From Thermoproteota archaeon (GTDB lineage Archaea > Korarchaeota > Korarchaeia > Korarchaeales > Korarchaeaceae): 53,207 nt of DNA. The DNA lies in assembly GCA_027491735.1 (NCBI GenBank), contig JAOZGP010000036.1, positions 1 to 53,207 of the forward strand, given 5' to 3'. The notes beneath the pieces were generated by a model. It did not search any database. It was given only the letters and a program-made list of their open reading frames with translations, and was not told the origin of the DNA. The translations under genes were made by a program, and so were the position numbers. The stretch's first letter is position 1; each line of letters opens with the position of its first letter. Positions 47,977-53,207 of this stretch are shown piece by piece.

Positions 47977-49212
47977 TCACACCTCATAGCGTAACACAGC
48001 CACAACTCCACCGAAGGGCTTAAGCTGTTGTCCCCACTCATTCTTGGAGGATATTATGAGGATCTCGGCCCTGGTCTCCTTCGCTATCTCACTGAGGTAT
48101 TCAACAAGATCCCTCTCCTCTAGCTCGTAAGAGGTAGCTCCACACTGAGGACAGGTCCATCCCTCAGAGCGAAGTATCTCCACATCATCTTGGGATAGGT
48201 ACCGCTCTTCAGTGAAGCCACAGTTCATACACTTTATCCTGGTTGGATGTACCTCTAAATCGTCCAGAACAAGCACCTTCTCAACCACACCACTCCTAAG
48301 CTTCTCAACTACATCTTTAACTCCATAGGTAACTAGACCCGGTCTCTTAGACAAAGTCGAGAAAAAGCAATCTACCTCCTCCTTCTCCCTGAACAGTGAA
48401 GCCCTGCTGAGCAGATTCTCAGACTTTAATATGAGCTCCCTCACCCCTTGCTCTTCTGTGTAGGAGAGGGGAAGATTGCCTATGATCTTCTTCTTGAGCC
48501 TGTAATCTAAGTAGTCCCCTGAAGCGAAGAACTCCCTGGCATCTCCAGGTCCTCCTATTATTATGCCTTCTAGCTCATCAATTATCGGTAGAAAAACCTT
48601 ATCAGCCTCCTTCCCAACTTTGGTGAAGAAATGCTGCACTCTCTCCTCTCTTATCCTCTCAAACCTTCTCTGTGACTGTCCTCCTGCGCTGTGTTTAGGG
48701 GGTATATCAGAAGTAAGTTGGCTTTCTATCCTGTAGGAGGACCCTCTCAGGACTGCTAAAGTAGCGGATCCTCGATCCATCACTATCAGGCCGTAGGCCC
48801 TCTTCTCCTTGGCCATGTTCTCAAGAGGTTCTAAGTAAAACTCGTGATCACACACGTACTTGAACGAGGGGACGGGTTCAGGCGGCTCTATGACGTAGAT
48901 CTCTATTTTTTCTGTTCCCCTCTCTTGTCCTCTCGGTATGGCTCCACAGAAGATAGCCAGTCCGTGTACTGGAGTCCTCTTGTAGAGCTTTAACCTCTGA
49001 AGTATGCTTTCTATGGCACTCTGGACGTTCTTCCTCGTGAGCTTATCCTTTATGTTGCTGGCCTGATCGTACTCCTGTCTCAGGTACCTGGAGACATCAT
49101 ATATACTTCTTCCTGGAGGTATATAAAGGGAAATGAGCTCAGTTCCTCTTCCTCTCTTGCTTTTGAGCATCTTGATGAGCTTCTTGAAGCTATAGAGCTC
49201 TGTGGAACTCAA
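47977..49212 (-). CDS. prf1: Peptide chain release factor aRF1
   Basis: TELISLYIPP, ASNIKD, GGQSQRRFER. Confidence 0.97.
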   Translation of the reverse strand: MSSTELYSFKKLIKMLKSKRGRGTELISLYIPPGRSIYDVSRYLRQEYDQASNIKDKLTRKNVQSAIESILQRLKLYKRTPVHGLAIFCGAIPRGQERGTEKIEIYVIEPPEPVPSFKYVCDHEFYLEPLENMAKEKRAYGLIVMDRGSATLAVLRGSSYRIESQLTSDIPPKHSAGGQSQRRFERIREERVQHFFTKVGKEADKVFLPIIDELEGIIIGGPGDAREFFASGDYLDYRLKKKIIGNLPLSYTEEQGVRELILKSENLLSRASLFREKEEVDCFFSTLSKRPGLVTYGVKDVVEKLRSGVVEKVLVLDDLEVHPTRIKCMNCGFTEERYLSQDDVEILRSEGWTCPQCGATSYELEERDLVEYLSEIAKETRAEILIISSKNEWGQQLKPFGGVVAVLRYEV

Positions 49213-49321
49213 CTTGAGACACCTCTATAGTTCATTTATTGGAAAATTTTTCGTCATTTTCAATAGTTTCCAACGAACCTATTAAAAAGTTCTCCTCCCC
49301 CTCCATCTGTAAGATAGTTGC

Positions 49322-50542
49322 ATGATGTTGATCTGCTTCGAAGACCATTCCACAGAGACCTTGAGGCCGATATCCGAGCTCACACCGCTTTTAGATCTTG
49401 TAATAGGGGGATTCACTCAGCTGGAGAGAATACGGCTCAAAGTAGGCGAACCCCATCTGGTTCTAGTTAGGAAGATCCTCTCCCTCAAAGTCGAGGAGAG
49501 AGGGTTAAGGACTGAGGAGGTCCCTGACGAGCCTGCTCTTTTTGTGAACATGGCCATTAATCCCAAATCGCTTGGATCAACTCTTTCATTGAGAAAGGGG
49601 GAAGCCCTGATCTCAGACGGAAAGGTCGTGGCTGCTCTTCTGAGCGCCAGGAATGCCGAGGAGGTAATCTCCAACTACTCCCCTGAAAACATCACGAGAC
49701 TGATCCTCGAGAGATCATCTAGCAGGAGATCTATAGATAGGGGCGTTATTTCTTACCCTTGGGATGTTTGTCCCCTCGGCCTGGATTTACTCAAGGAGGA
49801 CTTAAGACACCTGGTGAGGTCAGGCTGGTACGATGAGCTCTCCAAAGGAGTTTACGTATCCAAAAGCTCTAAAATAGAGGATCATGTTGTGTTCGACTCT
49901 AGAGATGGTCCTGTAATCGTGGAAGGAGGACTTGAACCTTTCTCATATGTAAGAGGTCCTTGCTTCATTGGTAAGGGATCTATAATCTTCTCTGGAGCCA
50001 GGATAGAATGTTCGTATTTGGGAGGAGTTGTAAGGGCTGGTGGAGAGATATCCTGTTCGATTATGGCCCCATTTTCAAATAACAGGCATTTTGGATTCCT
50101 AGGGCACAGTTATGTTTCGAGCTGGGTGAACATCGGGGCGGGAACTGCAACCTCCAATCTGAAGAACACCTATGGCAACATAAGGAAGGTGGTCCAGGGG
50201 AGAAGGGTAGACACAGGGCTAAACAAGTTGGGATGCTTTATGGCACCACACTCCAAGCTCTCCATAGGGACTATGATCCTAGGGGGGGTCTTCATAGGTA
50301 CTGCATCTCACGTCATGGGATTCGTATTGGAGGACGTTCCACCTTTCACAATATACGCTCGAACTCTTGGATATAACCTAGTGGAGCTGGAGATTGACTC
50401 AGCTATTCGCACCTATCACAGGATGGCTAGGAGAAGGGGAGTTTCACCGAGTAGAGGAGAAGAAGAGGCGCTTAAGAAGTTCTTTGAGATCTCGATGGAG
50501 GAGAGATCTAATGTTAAGAAGGGAAGATTCAGGAGCACTTAA
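49322..50542 (+). CDS. GlmU-like sugar-nucleotide transferase/acyltransferase
   Basis: LRPISELTP N-terminus, hexapeptide repeats, HFGFLGHSY, NIGAGT..SNLKNTYG. Confidence 0.75.
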   Translation: MMLICFEDHSTETLRPISELTPLLDLVIGGFTQLERIRLKVGEPHLVLVRKILSLKVEERGLRTEEVPDEPALFVNMAINPKSLGSTLSLRKGEALISDGKVVAALLSARNAEEVISNYSPENITRLILERSSSRRSIDRGVISYPWDVCPLGLDLLKEDLRHLVRSGWYDELSKGVYVSKSSKIEDHVVFDSRDGPVIVEGGLEPFSYVRGPCFIGKGSIIFSGARIECSYLGGVVRAGGEISCSIMAPFSNNRHFGFLGHSYVSSWVNIGAGTATSNLKNTYGNIRKVVQGRRVDTGLNKLGCFMAPHSKLSIGTMILGGVFIGTASHVMGFVLEDVPPFTIYARTLGYNLVELEIDSAIRTYHRMARRRGVSPSRGEEEALKKFFEISMEERSNVKKGRFRST

Positions 50543-50547
50543 TGAAA

Positions 50548-50631
50548 AGCCGGGTGGGGGATTCGAACCCCCGGAAAGCGGGTCTCCACCTGATCTGCAG
50601 CCCGCCGCCTTAGCCTCTCGGCCAACCCGGC
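50548..50631 (-). tRNA. tRNA-Cys(GCA) with 11-nt intron at 37/38 (50584-50594)
   Basis: GCGGG-CT-GCA-G[ATCAGGTGGAG]A-CCCGC; U73 discriminator. Confidence 0.92.
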
Positions 50632-50687
50632 ATGCCGTAAAATATATTGTGGGAAGAAATTTAAATTCTCTCTGCACACTCCAGTAT

Positions 50688-50763
50688 GGGCCCGTAGCTC
50701 AGCATGGATTAGAGCGGCGGCCTCCTAAGCCGTAGGTCGCGGGTTCGAGTCCCGCCGGGCCCG
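50688..50763 (+). tRNA. tRNA-Arg(CCU)
   Basis: GCGGC-CT-CCT-AA-GCCGT. Confidence 0.97.
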
Positions 50764-50792
50764 CTTTTCGTTTAGACTTATCAGGTGTTCTT

Positions 50793-51188
50793 TTGAGGAA
50801 GAAGGTCTTGTTAGACACGTCAATAATAGCATGTTCTTTAAAAAAGGAGGTAAAAATCTCTCTTTCGGAGATCTCTCAGCTGGTCGGTTATAATCCCAAG
50901 TTTGTGGTCCTGGAAGAATGTGTGAAGGAGCTTCAGAAACTCTGCAAAAAGGAGCCAGTAATAAACTTCCTATCCAAACTGGGAGTTGAAATAATTCAAT
51001 CAGAGAGAAAGCATGCTACAGCTGACGAAGCAATCTTGGATTTTGCCAGAAGTGAGAGGGTTATAGTCGCCACCTTAGACAGGAAGCTGAAGAACAGGCT
51101 GCTCGAGATGAGGGTACCGGTTATATATTTAAGGGCAGGCAAGAAGCTCGTGCTGGATGACCCCTCGCATCTGGATCTTTCCTTCTGA
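50793..51188 (+). CDS. PIN-domain protein (Fcf1/Utp24-like)
   Basis: VLLDTS, ADEAIL, VATLDRKLK; conserved position before rpoE. Confidence 0.88.
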   Translation: MRKKVLLDTSIIACSLKKEVKISLSEISQLVGYNPKFVVLEECVKELQKLCKKEPVINFLSKLGVEIIQSERKHATADEAILDFARSERVIVATLDRKLKNRLLEMRVPVIYLRAGKKLVLDDPSHLDLSF

Positions 51189-51203
51189 ACGAGGTGTTTA
51201 CAG

Positions 51204-51806
51204 ATGTTTTACATGGTTGAGCTAGAGGATATCGGAATTATTCGTCCTAACGAACTCAGGAGTGGCAATCTGAAACAGCTTCTAGCAGATAAGTTCAGAA
51301 GCAAATATGTAGGGAGATATCTCAGTGAGATAGGATTAATTCTTGACGTTCTTGAGATAACAGACTATGGTCTCGGTAAATCTATAATAGGGAGCCCCTG
51401 CATATACCTAAAGGTGAGATTTAAGGCACTGACATACCTCCCCAAGGTAAATGAGTTGGTAGAGGGCGAGATAAGAGGCGTCAGTGAGTACGGGGTGACG
51501 ATCAACATAGGACCCATAGATGGTTTCATCCACATATCCCAGCTGGGAGATGACGTCTTCGTTCAGAGGGTCGCTGGTTTTCTTTACGGCAAGAAAACTA
51601 GGGTTTCGTTCAGAAGAGGAGACTGGGTTAGGGCTAGAGTAACCGCTGTTACAAAGCCTGATTTTGTGGCTGCAGCGAGAGGAGAACCAATAGTGAGGGT
51701 CTCCTTGACATGTAAGCAACCTGGTTTAGGAAAAATAGAAAAAGAAGATGAGGGAAAAGAGGAAGAGAAGGAGAAGAAGGAGAATAAGGGCGGCGGGAAG
51801 GGTTGA
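51204..51806 (+). CDS. rpoE1: RNA polymerase subunit E' (Rpo7)
   Basis: PKVNELVEG, GPIDGFIHISQ, CKQPGLGKIE. Confidence 0.95.
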   Translation: MFYMVELEDIGIIRPNELRSGNLKQLLADKFRSKYVGRYLSEIGLILDVLEITDYGLGKSIIGSPCIYLKVRFKALTYLPKVNELVEGEIRGVSEYGVTINIGPIDGFIHISQLGDDVFVQRVAGFLYGKKTRVSFRRGDWVRARVTAVTKPDFVAAARGEPIVRVSLTCKQPGLGKIEKEDEGKEEEKEKKENKGGGKG

Positions 51807-51810
51807 CGGA

Positions 51811-52002
51811 ATGCCTAAGTTCAGGGCATGTAGGCAGTGTAAAGCTTTAACAGATGGTGATATATGTCCGATCTGCGGATCTAAGGATCTGACAGTCCAC
51901 TGGGAGGGCATAGTGGTCATAATAGATCCAATAAGATCTCAGGTGGCCGAGTACCTTGGGATAAAGAGAGCCGGAATGTACGCTCTCCGAGTTCTGGGGT
52001 GA
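51811..52002 (+). CDS. spt4: Transcription elongation factor Spt4 (RpoE'')
   Basis: ACRQC..CPICGS..WEG..IIDP..GMYAL; start at ATG 51811. Confidence 0.94.
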   Translation: MPKFRACRQCKALTDGDICPICGSKDLTVHWEGIVVIIDPIRSQVAEYLGIKRAGMYALRVLG

Positions 52003-52055
52003 ATAATGTTAAATAGTCAGAAGGTTTCCTTCTCATCACAGGAGGGTGAACCAAG

Positions 52056-52370
52056 ATGAGCATTGAGCTCCTCTCCATGGAGAAAAGGGAGAACAAGCTG
52101 CTCAATAGAATAGAGCTGATAGCAGAGCTCAGGTTTGGTTCTGGGACCCCCACAAGGAAGGAGATAAGATCGCTTATAGCCTCTCTCCTTAAGAAGCCTG
52201 AAGGCTTGGTTTTTGTCAGGAAAATCTCGACGAAGTATGGTAGGAGAGAGGCAGTCATCAAGGTTAACGTGTATAACAACAGAGATGAAGCCCTCCAGAT
52301 GGAGCCTGAGCATATAATCAGGAGAAATGAGGGAGGAAGCGGAAAGATCGAGGGTGAGAAAAATGGTTAA
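52056..52370 (+). CDS. rps24e: Ribosomal protein eS24
   Basis: ENKLLNRIE, GTPTRKE, EPEHIIRRN. Confidence 0.95.
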   Translation: MSIELLSMEKRENKLLNRIELIAELRFGSGTPTRKEIRSLIASLLKKPEGLVFVRKISTKYGRREAVIKVNVYNNRDEALQMEPEHIIRRNEGGSGKIEGEKNG

Positions 52371-52524
52371 GCATGTAACTTCTAAAGTATGGAAGTTCTA
52401 CAAAATAGAAGAAAATAAGCTCATCTCCCTCAAGAAGAAATGCCCGAGGTGTGGGTCCTTTATGGGGGAGCACAAGGATCGGTATCACTGCGGGAAATGT
52501 GGTTTTACAGTCTTCAAAAAGTAG
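52363..52524 (+). CDS. rps27ae: Ribosomal protein eS31 (S27ae)
   Basis: CPRCG.FMGEHKDR..CGKCG; start at ATG 52363. Confidence 0.95.
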   Translation: MVKHVTSKVWKFYKIEENKLISLKKKCPRCGSFMGEHKDRYHCGKCGFTVFKK

Positions 52525-52559
52525 TCTAAGCAAATGATCCTCTTTTTACAATGTTTTTC

Positions 52560-52635
52560 GGGCCCGTAGCTCAGCAAGGACTAGAGCGGCGGCTTCCGGA
52601 GCCGTAGGTCGCGGGTTCGAGTCCCGCCGGGCCCA
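52560..52635 (+). tRNA. tRNA-Arg(CCG)
   Basis: GCGGC-TT-CCG-GA-GCCGT. Confidence 0.97.
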
Positions 52636-52699
52636 CTAAATTTTTTAAGTGAATCCTTTATATATAAGCTAAGCTTTTCCTATTTTTAGTGAGAACAGA

Positions 52700-53207
52700 T
52701 TGAAAAGCAAGTATGCTTATCTGCTAAATGACGAGGATATTAAACGTTGGTTTGATAATTTAGCTGCTAAATCGGTTATTACAGCCACAGTTTATCTTAG
52801 GACTTTAGGATATTTCTGCGAATTAAATAACACTACTCCTAAGGAATTGCTTAAGGTGGCTGAGACCAAGGCTTTTAGGGACGGCTTCCTCGATTTCGTT
52901 AGGGAGCTAGAGAAGAAGGGTAAGGCAGGATCATATATAGCTAGGTTTAAGAAAGTTTTACGTTCCTGGTTTTCTTTTAATGGGTTGGATGTTAAGCTTA
53001 AGGTTAACATTGCTAAGGAGTATGAGACGCCTACTATAGCTGATGAGAGGGTTCCAAGTAAAGCTGAGTTGGATAAGATAATTAGGATGGCTACACCTAG
53101 AGCTAGAGTTGCTATAGCTTTGATGGCTTTCAGCGGTTTGAGACCACAGAGTTTGGGAAACTATATGGGTACAGATGGCATTAGATTAGGGGATTTAGTT
53201 GAAGCCG
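52700..53207 (+). mobile_element. 5' part of a tyrosine recombinase/integrase gene; probable left edge of an integrated element
   Basis: Open frame from TTG 52700: MKSKYAYLLNDEDIKRWFDNLA...ERVPSKAELDKII...ALMAFSGLRPQSLG (SGxR catalytic Arg); AT-richer; directly after a tRNA; TTTATATA box upstream. Confidence 0.88.

Noticed and set aside
50728-52634. Identical 3' halves of tRNA-Arg(CCU) and tRNA-Arg(CCG) resembling attL/attR
   Set aside because: Both are complete tRNA genes and they flank core genes (rpoE, spt4, rps24e), not cargo

Overview
Archaeal chromosome segment, most likely Korarchaeota: the 16S sequence, a tRNA-Ile(UAU), two ftsZ genes and a 16S-23S operon without spacer tRNA or 5S all fit. 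The lineage call is from recognition, not a search. The window is mostly core informational genes: topo VI, RIO1, aIFs, ribosomal proteins, KEOPS parts, FEN1, aRF1, RpoE/Spt4 and glycine cleavage P. It also holds one rRNA operon with both BHB processing stems and ten tRNA genes, three with introns. The most interesting signals are non-coding. (1) A K-turn/ACA hairpin resembling an H/ACA guide heads the pre-rRNA leader. (2) The RNase P RNA gene lies directly behind the 23S. (3) A dispersed ~35-nt element with covarying flanking stems occurs before tRNA-His and after RNase P RNA. (4) A tRNA-Ile(UAU) appears duplicated from tRNA-Ile(GAU), and its intron is antisense to its own 3' exon. (5) Several near-invariant 23S peptidyl-transferase positions are substituted. 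Accessory DNA comprises two decayed tnpB remnants, a frameshifted two-gene cassette, an orphan DNA methyltransferase and the start of a tRNA-Arg-linked integrase. I found no CRISPR array and no clearly new multi-gene protein system.
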